This document shows positions 40,159 to 54,848 of a stretch of DNA of 64,000 bases, in pieces. Origin of the DNA: Octopus vulgaris (Eukaryota); the NCBI GenBank assembly GCA_951406725.2, contig OX597836.1, positions 18,724,001-18,788,000 on the forward strand, given 5' to 3'. How positions within the stretch are numbered: position 1 is the stretch's first letter; every line of letters starts with the position of its first letter. The notes below the pieces were generated by a model. The model saw only the letters and a list, made by a program, of their open reading frames with translations. It searched no databases and was not told where the DNA came from. A program made the position numbers and the translations under genes.

Positions 40159-40795
40159 GGAGGGAGCATACACGTATGTGCTGACATAGCAAAATTTTAA
40201 TCCAGTAACTGTGACAGGTGAAACGCAAACATGAACGTGTATGTATATATGTTTAAGTATGTATCATTGTATGTATGCATGCATGTATATAGTATGTGCA
40301 TATGTATGTGTATATATATATATGTACACTCATATACACAAACTCATATACATACATACACCTATATATACATTCATCTTTCTATTAGCGTTTCACATGT
40401 CACTTCTATTGGATCAAAATTTTGTTAAGTATGCACATACATATATGTACACACAGATAAATGTGTGAAGGCATAGCAAGTGGTTCTTTAGCAGTGGTTC
40501 ATAGGGGTATATATATATATGTAGGAAAAAAAATTTAAGGAGACAAACGCTCTCAATGTTATTAAAACATTTATATCTTCATATATCCTACATATGTTTC
40601 GGTGGATGCATTCAGAATACGTCCGACAGGAAGAATTATGGTCAGCTATGCATCAATCTGATCGGGAAAGATATAAACAACACTCACCAAATAGACATTT
40701 TTACAGATATAGGAAGCCCTAGAAAATGTGACGTATTTATATACTTATGCACATACATGTACACACACGGATATATGCCACATGCATACATAAAC

Positions 40796-40851
<56 letters not shown>

Positions 40852-41237
40852 ACAAACACACACACATATATATATACATACATATATATATACATATATA
40901 TACATACATATATACATACATACACACATGTACACATATCTATCCATATTTATATTTTACCAGCACTAACATATACGTATGCAAACATATACACATATAG
41001 AGATAAATTATAGCGAGTGACATAAATGAAAGATGGCGAAAATACGGTAAAGTCAACGAATTCGACTGAGATGAAAGCAGACGTTATCACATTTCTGATG
41101 AAAAGTTAAAGTATTGTTGACCAGCTGAGAAATTTAGAGGAAGCGGAAATAGCGGATTTCTTGTGTTGTCTCGAGCGAAAGCGTTGTATTGGTACCGAGT
41201 AAGACACACACACACACACGTATACATATATATACAT

Positions 41238-41367
<130 letters not shown>

Positions 41368-41375
41368 GATAGATA

Positions 41376-41422
<47 letters not shown>

Positions 41423-41458
41423 TATGTATGTATATATATATATGTATATCTATATATA

Positions 41459-41494
<36 letters not shown>

Positions 41495-41522
41495 TATATA
41501 TATATGTGTGTGTGTGTGTATA

Positions 41523-41555
<33 letters not shown>

Positions 41556-42514
41556 TGATCAGAAAGACAGACAGATAGATATTTAGGTAGGTAGGTAAGT
41601 AGGTAGGTAGGTAGGTAGGTAGGTAGGTAGGTAGGTAGGTGAAGGAATGAGAGAGAGTGAGCAAATTAGAGAGTGAGATAGACGTGTATATATATATTGT
41701 GTGTGTGTCTGTCTGTATCTGTGTATGTGTGTTTGTGTGCGTTCGTGTGTGCGTGTGTGTGTGTATCATGCGTCTATGTATACAGAGAGACCATAAAAGA
41801 CAGGGAGGACGAGACAATTTCAAAGATTAACTAAGAAAGTTAATGGAGTAAAACCTACAGCGTTACCGGTAGACTTCTACAAAAATGCTGGTTATCAGGA
41901 TGGGGGGGAAATAGGAGAGATTGGGGGACAAGGAGAGAAGGGGAGTATCAAGTAGAAAAGGAGGGATGTAAGGGAACTAGAAGGAAGTGGACGTAGGATG
42001 AGGAAATGGAGGGGAAACAGAGGTAAAAGCGTTCTGATGAAGATGTTGATGGTGATGAGGGCAATGTCGTTGATGGTGGCATGGATGGCGTCGAATTGGA
42101 AGGAAGAAGAAACATGTGGTGTGTTGGTTTATATATGCTGGTGTGTATGTCTGTATGTGTGTGTTGGTATTGGTGTGTATTTGGCGTGCGTGTTGGTGTG
42201 TGTGTATTTCTTTGTGTTAGTATGAGTGTTGGTGTGTGTATGTGTGTTGGTGTACATGTGTATTGATCTATATGTATATGTTGGTGTACATGTGTGTTGA
42301 TCTATATGTATATGTTGGTGTGTTTATATGTCGATGTGTCTGTGTGTTATCGGTTAATGTATGTTAGCGTGGTAGTATATATGTATGGTTCTGATGTTTT
42401 GCTGTGTGTATGCGTGGTGATGCGTATTGATGTGTGTGTGTATTGTTGTTGTTGTTGCTACATGTGTTATTGATATACATCACTTGTTTGTGTATGAGTA
42501 TGCGTTGTTGTATA

Positions 42515-42548
<34 letters not shown>

Positions 42549-42644
42549 TATGCGTTGTTGTGTATTTGTGTGTGTGTGTGTATGAGTATGCCTTGTTGTG
42601 TATTTGTGTGTGTGTGTGTGTGTATGAGTATGCCTTGTTGTGTA

Positions 42645-42689
<45 letters not shown>

Positions 42690-43091
42690 TTGTTGTGTAC
42701 GTGTGTTGTCGTGTGTTACGGACTCTGCGTTTGTTGTGTGTGTTTTGGTCACCATTTTCTCTCAATTCAATGCCGTAAACCTCTTAAATTGCTTTTAAAT
42801 ATGGATGAAACGTTCCATTTGAAATAAAATCTGAAATCCTTGAGAGATCGATGCAATCCTCAGCGCCATCTGTTATCAGGAAACTGATTTTTGTCTCTGA
42901 CACGTCTTTAATAGGATTAAATCAGTTTTAAACGGATAAAGGAAACCATTGTCTATAGCAGCCATTTTAGAATTCATAAATATCCGACTCTCAAATTCCT
43001 CATCAATGTTATCAGAGATTCACAGAATTACATTCTTCACTGTGTATTGATAGCATTTATGTCTTCGCTTAGATACGGCTTTATTGAAAGA

Positions 43092-43100
43092 ATTATTATT

Positions 43101-43174
<74 letters not shown>

Positions 43175-43244
43175 CATCATCATTGTTATTATTATTATCA
43201 TTATTATTATATCATTATCATTGTTATTATTATTATTATCATCA

Positions 43245-43302
<58 letters not shown>

Positions 43303-43356
43303 TATTATTATTATTATTATTACAACCACTATTATTATTATGATTATGATTATTAC

Positions 43357-43401
<45 letters not shown>

Positions 43402-43493
43402 CATCATCATCATTATTATTATTATTACTAATTATTACTATTGTTGTTGCTATTATTATTATTATTATTATTATCATTATTATTATCATTATT

Positions 43494-43524
<31 letters not shown>

Positions 43525-43565
43525 TTACTATTATTATTATCATTATTATTATTATTTTTATTATT
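43092..43565. repeat. (ATT)n/(ATC)n microsatellite
   Basis: Directly visible. Confidence 0.98.
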
Positions 43566-43888
43566 GTTGTTGTTGATAATTCATACGCTTTCTTTCTTTA
43601 ATTTGGCCTTTCATGTTATTGCTTTTAATTATACATACACACACATTATATTCTGTTCCATATTATGAATATTTATGACTATAAATTGATATCGCTGACA
43701 TACCGGACTCTTTAATGTGTTTGTATGTGCTTTTAATTATACATACACACACATTATATTCTGTTCCATATTATGAATATTTATGACTATAAATTGATAT
43801 CGGAGAGACTGCGTGTGCATTTTGTATGTGTAATCATTTTGCCTGAGTGTGTAAGCGCATGTTTTTATACATTTGTGAACGTGTACGT

Positions 43889-43950
<62 letters not shown>

Positions 43951-43987
43951 GTATGTATATATATATGTATATATATATATATATATA

Positions 43988-44193
43988 TTCAAAATGTGAC
44001 CGCGTGTGTACCGTTGGCGATTTATTTCCCTCCGTCTTCCTTTCTCTGGATCTTTCCTTTTCCTATGTTTCTGACGAAGAGCTCCGCTCGAAACGTTAAG
44101 CCCTCCTTCTTCCCTTCCTTCATGAGCGTCCAATAATACTATATTTGTTCCACGTCCTCGCGTTGTTTTCTCTTTGTGTTTTCATGTTTGGAT

Positions 44194-44197
<4 letters not shown>
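43988..44197 (+). mobile_element. 210-bp non-coding Penelope-like/retrozyme element in (TA)n
   Basis: (TA)n on both flanks; homologue at 48658-48886 and a 3' fragment at ~47372-47445; contains a minimal hammerhead. Confidence 0.75.
44067..44101 (+). ncRNA. Minimal type I hammerhead ribozyme
   Basis: GTTT-CTGACGA-A-GAGC-TCC-GCTC-GAAAC-GTT-AAGC: intact core, 4-bp stem II, ACGT palindromic stem III, 4-bp stem I. Confidence 0.8.
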
Positions 44198-44272
<75 letters not shown>

Positions 44273-44363
44273 CATGGCATTTTTTGTTTTCTTTTGGGGC
44301 TAGTATTGTGCATCCACTAATTGTATGTATAACTGTTTCACGTGATTATCATTATTACGAACG

Positions 44364-44572
44364 AGGCGAGCTGGCAAAATCGTAAGCACACCGAAGAAAA
44401 TCCTTTGCGGGATTTCGTCCGTCTTTACGTTGTTAATTCCAAATGCCGCCGAGGTCGACTTTGCTTTCATACTTTCGTAGTCGATAAAATAATTATCAGC
44501 TAAATACTGGGATCAATGTAATTGACGTACCCCTTCACTCGAAATTGCTGGCTTTGTACCAAAATTTGAAAC

Positions 44573-44575
<3 letters not shown>
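44364..44575 (+). mobile_element. SINE family 1, tail type A, followed by an (ATC/ATT)n expansion
   Basis: GGCGAGCTGGCAAAATCG head, core, CCAAAATTTGAAACC tail. Confidence 0.85.
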
Positions 44576-44614
<39 letters not shown>

Positions 44615-44636
44615 TATTATTATTATTATGATTATG

Positions 44637-44716
<80 letters not shown>

Positions 44717-44784
44717 CATTACTACTACTACTACTACCATTATTATTATTATTATGATTATGATTATTATTACTATTATTATTA

Positions 44785-44828
<44 letters not shown>

Positions 44829-44900
44829 AATATTATTATTATTGTTATCATTATTATTATTACTACTACTACCACTATTATTATTATTATTATGATTGTA

Positions 44901-44959
<59 letters not shown>

Positions 44960-46425
44960 CATCATCGAGCTAGCTGAATCGTTAGCACACAGGGCAAAAT
45001 GCTTAGCGGTATTTCGTCCATCTTTACTCCCAAATCTAATAAGATTGGAGGTGAGACAAATGAATCAATGTTCTTATGTGTGAGTAACCATGTGTGCATG
45101 CGTATATTTTAGATCCTATGTGTGTAGTATGTACGTGCGTGCATGCGCGTATATATATGTATATACGTATTTGTAACATGCATTTTTGTTTTGTTTTGCT
45201 TCTTTTTATAAAATTCACTCGGCCAATATCGTCCAGGTGTCTATGGCAGATTTTAATATGGTGCGAATTGGTTCCATGTTTGAAATATTGGTTAACTTTC
45301 GCCCAAGGGAACGAAGATGCAGTGCCAAAAACCGACGTTATTTTAGCTCGGAAGTAAAATGATTGACTGCTGCAAAGGTACAGAGAGATTTAATAAATAA
45401 CTTCACCAGCCGACCAATAGCTGATCCGATGTGATTGGTGAGTGGCGTTGAGTGATGCAGGTAGACAATGAACAAAAGGGTAAAGAGAAGACAAAATGGC
45501 CGATCCTTGTTCACGATGCAAGATTTTCTAAAATATAATATTAGTCAGAGACCAGCATCTCCTTTTTCCAATTCTCAAAGCTAATCACCGACTGGTCTTC
45601 ATTATCACATCGTAATATCTTCTCAATCAACCCTCACATCATATTGTCCTCTATATTATTCTACCTGTTTATCTATTTAGCGGACTCACTACCTATTTTT
45701 CTTTTATCTCTCAACGAATCTACTAACTATCTATCTATCTATTTACCTATCTGTCTGTCTATCTATCTCTCCATCTATCTTATCTATCTACTTTTTTTTT
45801 AATCTATCTACATTATATATATATATATCTACCTATCTAATCTATCTATTTGTATCATATATCTTTTGCCACCTTCCTATCTAAACAGCTTTCTATATTT
45901 AGACATAACTATCTATATACCTTTTACCATTATCTCCTTCTCTCTGTCTCTTTCTCTCTCTCTCTCATTCTCCTTCTCTCCCGCTCTCTCTCTCTTTTTC
46001 TCGCACTTTCTCTCTCTTTCTCTCTCTCACTCACTCAAACACTTGCACCACTACAATCACGCCTGCTCATTCATTCCACTTCCAACACTCTACCTGCAGA
46101 AGAGATCTGGAGATGTCAGAAATGGAGGGATAACTAGATATTAAAATCTGAAGAGAAAACTGTCATTCTTCAGTTTTTTCTTTAAGATACTTATGTAAAA
46201 TCCTTAAGGATAGAAGTAGAGGATGGTCCTTGTCATTAAGTATGAAGATATTATTATTCCATTGAATACTGCGTGTAGAATTCAAATACATACATATATA
46301 CACGCAGACTAAATATTTGATGTTATGAAAGCATGCATAAATGTATGTAGGCATGCATGCATATATGGTGTATGTATATGTGTGTGTATTTGTATGTGTG
46401 TACTATATGCAAGTATATATCTATG

Positions 46426-46715
46426 TCACGTGATCACGTGACCGACCAGACCATCAGATGTTGCTACACATCGCTGGTCACAATGCGTTCGCATTGTTTT
46501 AGCCTTCGAATGACGCCACCCCGCTGGCTAAGCGAGCAGGCCAACAGAAGAAAGAGTGAGAGAAATAGTGGTGAAGGAGTAGAGCAGGGATCACCACCCC
46601 CTGCCGGAGCCTCGCGGAGCTTTTAGGTGTTTTCGCTCAGTAAACACACACAATCGAAACCGCGATCCTACGACCGCGAGTCCGCTGCCCTAACCACTGG
46701 GCCATTGCTCCTCCA
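46426..46715 (-). mobile_element. SINE family 3, tail type X
   Basis: Homologous to 6288-6568. Confidence 0.85.
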
Positions 46716-46784
46716 CATATATGTCTATGTATGTATGTTTATATGTACGTATGCATGTATGTATAGCACATGCACCTTGCTATA

Positions 46785-46945
46785 CATTTTAGTCTCACGC
46801 ATTCTGTTGTCCGTCACTCTGACTAAGTGTCCACTCCATGTCAATTTGTACTGCAGTAGCAAAGCTTCAATACTGAAGCATTTCCTAACGAGACTATGAA
46901 AAACATGCATTTCGGAGTGGTTATCTCTTCTTCAGCTCCAAGAAA
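46785..46945 (-). mobile_element. Small RTE (BovB-like) fragment
   Basis: SIEALLLQYKLTWSGHLVRVTDNR resembles the RTE SIE.L....LRW.GH..RM.D.R motif. Confidence 0.65.
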
Positions 46946-46959
46946 CGGACACGATGCTC

Positions 46960-47150
46960 TGCGACTATGCTGGTGCACCGCCTTCAAGAATTTTAGTCGA
47001 ATGAATTAATACCAGTACATTTTTTTTTTATTTCTTTTAGCCTGGTACTTATACTACCAGTCTCTTTTCCGAACCGCTAAGTTACGAGGACTTAAACACA
47101 TCAACACTGGCTGTCAAGAGGTGGTGTAGGACAAACACAGGCACAAAGAT
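46960..47150 (-). mobile_element. SINE family 2 3' part
   Basis: ATGCTGGTGCACCGCCTT...CCGCTAAGTTACG...TGTCAAG. Confidence 0.7.
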
Positions 47151-47267
47151 ACACACACACACACATACATATATACATACATACACATACACACATACAC
47201 ACACACACTCACACACACATACATACATACATACATACATACACACACACACATACACATGGAGACA

Positions 47268-47303
<36 letters not shown>

Positions 47304-47458
47304 TACATACATACATACATACATACATACATACATACATACATACATACATACATACATACATACATAACGTTACATGTACCACGTCCACACGTTGTTG
47401 TTTTTTCTGTGTTAATTCTTCGTTTTTGGGGGGACTTAGTATAAATATATATATATAT

Positions 47459-47629
47459 ATACAAAATTTAAAGGACTGACCACTAAAAGTGGACGGTCAA
47501 TATGCTAGATATAGACGTCAAAATCGCTATTTTCCACGAATGTGTTCTTCGTGGAAAATAGCGATTTTGACGTCTATATCTAGCATATTGACCGTCCACT
47601 TTTAGTGGTCAGTCCTTTAAATTTTGTAT
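47459..47629. repeat. Perfect palindrome, 82-bp arms, 7-nt loop
   Basis: 47459-47540 is the reverse complement of 47548-47629; loop TGTGTTC. Confidence 0.95.
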
Positions 47630-47714
47630 GTAAAAAACATTTTAATCTTCGGATTTTTTTTAATATGCTAGGCCACTGGTTTTAATTGATTAATATCAAT
47701 TTCTACCATTATTC

Positions 47715-47762
<48 letters not shown>

Positions 47763-47831
47763 ATGCCGTTATCTCCCTATTTGTTCATATATCTCTTTAA
47801 CTGCTTCTCAAATATAGAAATCTATTTATCA

Positions 47832-47867
<36 letters not shown>

Positions 47868-48318
47868 GTTTGTCACTCTTCATCTCTTGTAATAATCTTG
47901 CTCTCTTCCTCTCTCTCCCTCTCTTCAACTCTCTCTCTTTATCGTTCTCCCTCATACTCTCTCCACTATTCTCTTGTCTTACTTGTCTCTCCTCCAACCT
48001 TTTACACTGACGAATAGAAGTGAAGACGTTACAAGTCGATAACAAAGGAGCAGGTATTAAGACAGTAACAGCGTAGTCACAGCTGTCATCTTAAATTTAG
48101 CTTATAAGATACTTACAGAAAATCCTTAAGGATGGCAGGAACTTGTTGTCAGCAAGTATCAGCACACACTTACAAGCACACACATGCACACATACATGTG
48201 CTTATACATGCATGTAATATGCATAAATATTCATGCATGTGTAAGCAAATATAAGTAAATATATACATATGCACAACCGTACATATATACATATATATAC
48301 ATATATATACATATATAC

Positions 48319-48365
<47 letters not shown>

Positions 48366-48520
48366 CACATACATATATATACATATATATATATATAAAT
48401 ATATATATATATACATATATATACATATATATATACGTATATATATATATATAAGTATATATATATATAAGTAAATATATACATATGCACGACCGTACAT
48501 ATATATATGTACATACATAT

Positions 48521-48637
<117 letters not shown>

Positions 48638-48657
48638 TTATACACACATACACATAT

Positions 48658-48879
48658 TTCAAAATGTAACAACATGTGGATGGTTGGCGATTTCTTTCCC
48701 TCTGTCTTCCTTTTTTCTTGGATTTTTCCTCTGTCTCCTGTTTCTGAAGAAGAGCTTTCATCCAAACGTAAAACTACCTTTCTTTCTTTCCCTGAGCGTC
48801 TGCTAATACTTTGCATGTACCACATCCTCGCGTTGTTGTCTTTTTCTTGTGTTTTTCTTGGAGTTTTTTGAGGGGAGGG

Positions 48880-48886
<7 letters not shown>
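48658..48886 (+). mobile_element. Second, decayed copy of the hammerhead element
   Basis: GTTT-CTGAAGA-A-GAGC-TTT-CATC-CAAAC-GTA-AAAC at 48740-48774 (G12 lost); (TA)n flanks. Confidence 0.7.
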
Positions 48887-48911
<25 letters not shown>

Positions 48912-49202
48912 ATAGAAATATTAAAACATATATATATATATTACCGGTACTAAAATGTCCTCATGATAAGATTATTTTAGCATTATCTACCTTGTCTTAT
49001 TTTCCTTATACCTACATACACACACACACACACACACGTATATATATATATCTATATATATCATCATCATCATCATCATCATTATTGTTTTTTTTTTTGT
49101 TTAGTTCCGTGGCGTCACAAGATCCCATATTTACCATATGCTCCTTCTTTCCTCATGTTCTGATATGGCTGCTAGAAACTTCGGGTGGACGTGATCAGCT
49201 TC

Positions 49203-49281
<79 letters not shown>

Positions 49282-49636
49282 CATACATATGTAATAATTA
49301 TTTGAGGGAATATTATTCCTTACCTTCAAGGGAAAAATTCAATTTAGAAATACTAAATCAAATTTCACAAAATATTATATATATATATATATATATATAA
49401 AAATTAGAAAAAAAACACCTTTTATCAATTCAAAATGAACATTTAAATTATACCATCTAAAAAATTACATATAATAGAAATATTAAAAATAAAATAGCAA
49501 TAATATAGCGATGATTAAGTAAATTGCAAAATAATAATAAAAACGTATATATTTGGTATATACATATATATATATATACGCACGCACACACAAACGTACG
49601 TGTATTCACAGATATGAATATATGGAGACGTGCGTA

Positions 49637-49671
<35 letters not shown>

Positions 49672-49970
49672 TTGAGTGGATAGTGTGTTGCACTCACAAT
49701 CACAAGGTCGTAGGTTCGATTCCTAGAAAGACGGTGCATCGTTATGTTGATTAAAACACTTCATCTCACGTTGGCCCAGTCGACAGTCGAATTGAAGACA
49801 GTAAATTGAAGACTTGCAACTCACTGGTGTTCCTTTCAAGGGGTAGTATTGGTCTGACCACCTAGTCATCGGGGTGGAATCATTCGAAAGCCGTGACAAT
49901 GGTCATAATGCAAGGAAACGCGATGGGACCATCGGTGTATATCAACGTCCGATGATATATATGTGTGTGT

Positions 49971-50042
<72 letters not shown>

Positions 50043-50364
50043 CAGGTTGTAAAGGAACACACGAGTTGATATGTTAGGAGACTTGGGTTGTCTTTTGCTC
50101 TTTATGATGGTGTGCGTTTGGAAGATTAAATTCATTCTGTGGTCCCTTTTTTTTTTAGGTGAATGTTCTGGAGGATAGTGTCGGGTATTTGAAAACTATG
50201 GAAATAATTTTTAAAAAAACATTTCATTTAATCTTTCCACAATTGAATTGTTTTTCATGCTTTACTCTAAGTTGAAAAAGTCGCAAGACTGAAACCGGTA
50301 CTAAAATGTTCTTCATGATAAGTTTATTTTAGCATTATCTACCTTGTCTTGTTTTCCTTATACA

Positions 50365-50398
<34 letters not shown>

Positions 50399-50842
50399 AT
50401 CATCATCATCATCACCATCATCATCATGGCTTTTTTCTATTTAGTTCCGTAGCGTCATAAGACCCCATATCTAGCATATGCTCCTTCTTTCCTCATGGTC
50501 TAATATGGCTGCTAGAAACTTCGGATGGACGTGATCAGCTTCATACCTTTATGAAAGAGATTAATCACGTGACAAGGCTTTATGCAGCCATACTAACCCT
50601 TTATCTTTCCTGTGTATCACGTGATAGACAGCACGTATTTCCCTTGCGTCCATCCATTAAACATGATATACATGGCTTTTTTTTTTTTCTTCACCCACCA
50701 GAGAAAAGCTTTATATTATTCAGAACATACGAGAGTGGTGAGCGGGCAGAATCGTTAGCACGCCGAACAAAATACTTAACGGCATTTCGTCCTTCTTTAA
50801 GTTCTGAGTTCGAAATTTAACCGAGGTAGACTTTTTTTTTTG

Positions 50843-51152
50843 TGGAGGCACATGGCCTAGTGGTTAGAGCAGCGGACTTGCAGTCGAGGGATCACGGGTT
50901 CGAATCTCAGACCGGTCGACGTGTGTGTTTATGAGCGAAAACGTCTAAGCTCCACGCGGCTCCGGCAGAAGGTAATGACGAAACTTCTGCTGACTCTTTC
51001 GCCACAACTTTCTCTCACTCTTTCCTCCTGCATCTTGCAGCTCACCTGCGACAGACCGGCGTCTCGTTCAGGTGGGGGAACCTACACGCCAAGGAACCCG
51101 GGAAACTGGCCCTTATGAGCCCGGCATGGCTCGAGAAGGAACAAACAACAAG
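50843..51152 (+). mobile_element. SINE family 3, tail type Y, abutting a family 1 head fragment (50737-50832)
   Basis: TGGCCTAGTGG A-box, GGTTCGAATCT B-box; tail GGCTCGAGAAGGAACAAACAAC; matches 37909-38205. Confidence 0.88.
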
Positions 51153-51743
51153 AACATACGAAACAAAGGATAACTAAAAATCTATAAACAAAGATTTAGG
51201 ACAAAAGTTTAGGACAAAATTATGAAAAGGGTTAAATCATAGCCAAACAACATAGACTTAATATGGTACCACATTTCATTCCTCTACCGGCTTAAACCTG
51301 AAATAAGTGTAACACATTCTATGATAGAAGTCTAATTTGCAATATATTATATAGATATTATCTAATGTATTGATGTCAAAGCTCTTGGCCAAAATATCAA
51401 TGCAATAAGTAGATTCTACACAATTTTCTTCTCTTTATACTTTCCTATTTTCTATTTCTCTAATAAGATTCGCTTGAACTAAACAGTGTAATTGTATCTC
51501 ATATCCGTAATGGTTATAACTCTAATATAAGCTTAAATTTCAGAATTCCTCTGACGAGTCACGTAAGGTTGAAAGAGACATGTAATTGGAATATGATTAA
51601 ATAAATAGAAAATAGATAATGGTGTCATTGTTTTGTTTGTTGTTGGATTTTTTTTTGTTTCAAATATCGGAAGAGAGAAAAATGTTAGAAAAACAATAAT
51701 TTCCATTCATAGAAAAAACAAAGATGAGCACAATGCGAACGAC

Positions 51744-51849
<106 letters not shown>

Positions 51850-52328
51850 TATTAACAGACACACACACACATATATATATATATATATGGGGAGTTGCAG
51901 TGTGAGAGTCTCAGTGTGCAAATATATATATATATGTATGTATGTATGTATGTATATATATATATAATAGTGTATACGTACTTCCACAGAAAAGTGGGGG
52001 GGGGGTGTTTATTTGTGTGTCGGTATAGTGTTTAGTAGTTTCTGTCTGCGTTAACAAAAGCAAAAGACTTAACGGAAGATAAATACATATGTATACGTGT
52101 ATTTGTGTATATAAAAAGATGTCTATATATCTCCGGACATCTAATGAAATAAATGCATCTGACGCCCACAAAACTTCGAGTAATGTGAACCTGAGCCAAA
52201 CTGCTGTTATACATTTCTACACATATATACGTATGTGTGTTTATATGTATGTATGTACGTATGTATATATATATATATGTGTGTGTGTATGTGTGCGCGC
52301 GTTTGTGCACTATATGCGTTTGTATATG

Positions 52329-52449
<121 letters not shown>

Positions 52450-52486
52450 GTATATATATGTACATATGTATATATATATATATATG

Positions 52487-52536
<50 letters not shown>

Positions 52537-52563
52537 AACGCATGGACTTATATATACATCTAT

Positions 52564-52595
<32 letters not shown>

Positions 52596-52911
52596 GCATA
52601 CATATACTCATATATATGTGCTTGCGTCTGCATGTAATTATTTTATGTTGTGTATTTGAACTTCTTTTCAACAATTTACACGCAGCTTCCATTGTCACAC
52701 AAATTAACCAATCTGTAAAGCACCTTATCTCATTCATTCCGCCTGTTTTCTTAAAAGTTGTTTTCCAAACAAAAACGGATGACGGCGACTACGACCAGGA
52801 CCACCACCACAATCACCACCAACACCAACACCACCAACACCACCAACACCACCATTACGATGACGATGATGATAACCACAATGGTGACGATGACGATGAT
52901 GATAATGATGA

Positions 52912-52945
<34 letters not shown>

Positions 52946-53296
52946 GGTGGTGGTGATGGTGGTGGTGGTGGTGGTGGTGGTGGTGGTGGTGGTGGTGGTG
53001 GTGGTGGTGGTGGTGGTGGTGGTGGTGGTGGTGGCGGTGACGAGGAAAAGGAGGAGGAGGAGGAGTGTGGTGGTAATGGTTGCAGTAATAATAATAACGA
53101 CGACGGAATATACGGTGGCGACAGCAGCGGCAGCAATGATGCTGACGAGGATAATGATGACAATATGGCAATGAAAATGAAGTAAAAGAACAAAAACGAA
53201 GAGGAGGAGGCGGAGGGGGAGGAGGAATGACAGAAGGATGCTCGATAATCTGAATATTATTGTTACTATCATTATTATTATTATCATTATTATTAA

Positions 53297-53360
<64 letters not shown>

Positions 53361-53506
53361 GTTGTTGTTGTTGTTGTTATTGTTATTATTATTAAATTAT
53401 TCTTATAACAACAACAAACACAACGAGTATGTTTGTAATGAATGTTTTCGCAGAAATATCAATGGAGGATATTGTGATTAGCAATGACAATGAAAACAAC
53501 ACGATG

Positions 53507-53549
<43 letters not shown>

Positions 53550-53741
53550 CAACAACAACAACAATAATAATAATGATAATAATAATAATAGTAATAATAA
53601 TAATAATAATAATATTAATAATAATAATAATATTAATAATGATAATAATAACAACAATAATTATAACAATAATGATAACAATAATAATAATAATAATAAT
53701 AATATAACAACAACAACAACAACGACGACGACAATAATAAT

Positions 53742-53784
<43 letters not shown>

Positions 53785-53796
53785 TTAATAATAATA

Positions 53797-53829
<33 letters not shown>

Positions 53830-53858
53830 ACAACAATAGTCATAACAATAATGATAAC

Positions 53859-53931
<73 letters not shown>

Positions 53932-54274
53932 GCAATAATTGTAATTATCATTATTGTTATTTATTAAATGCGGCAAGAGGAGGTGGTGGAAGAAGTGACG
54001 ATAATGATGAAGTTACTGAATTCTATTAAATCGAACCGACAATTTTTCATCAACGTTTGCTTAGCACCTTTACCAGCACCACAACCGCTACCACAATACC
54101 ACCATCGTTACTGCAATAGCCACCATTTCCAACGAAACCATAACGACCATCACCATCATCAGCACAGCATTAACCTTAGCACTAGCATCGCCTACACCAC
54201 TAACACTGGAGTTCAAATAGACTTTCTCGTCCAGAATTCTCGGAGTGACTTATATATGCGATTGCCTAAAACAC

Positions 54275-54817
54275 ACATACATGCATGCATGCATACATAC
54301 ATAATACAAACATGCATACATACATACATATACATACATACATAAATACATACATGCGTACGTACGTACATACATACATACATACATACATACATACGCA
54401 CATACATTTATACATACGTACATACATGCATACACACATACATACACACACATACATACATCATACATACATACATACATACACACACATACATACATAC
54501 ATACATACATACATACATACATACATACATACATACATACATACATACATACATAAACACATACATATATACATACATACATACATACGTACGTACGTAC
54601 ATACATACATAAATACATACATACATACATACATACATACATACATACACACACACATACATACATACGTACGTACGTACATAGATACATATATACATAC
54701 ATACACTCACACATACATACATACATACATACACACATACATATATACATACATACATACATACATACATACATACATACATACATACATACATACATAC
54801 ATACATACATACATACA

Positions 54818-54846
<29 letters not shown>
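54275..54846. repeat. (CATA)n microsatellite, ~570 bp
   Basis: Directly visible. Confidence 0.98.

Positions 54847-54848
<2 letters not shown>

Noticed and set aside
41110-41202. Short frame [20 protein letters not shown] ending at GTAAG
   Set aside because: No polypyrimidine acceptor, an in-frame stop just upstream, and no homology recognised.
43620-43802. 75-bp perfect direct repeat (43620-43694 and 43728-43802)
   Set aside because: An ordinary short local duplication with no further structure.
50843-50915. tRNA gene
   Set aside because: A/B boxes are present but run into a SINE body repeated elsewhere; no proper acceptor stem. The same applies to the other SINE heads.
51545-51600. CTGACGA...GAAA motif
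   Set aside because: No consistent stem II, stem III or cleavage triplet.
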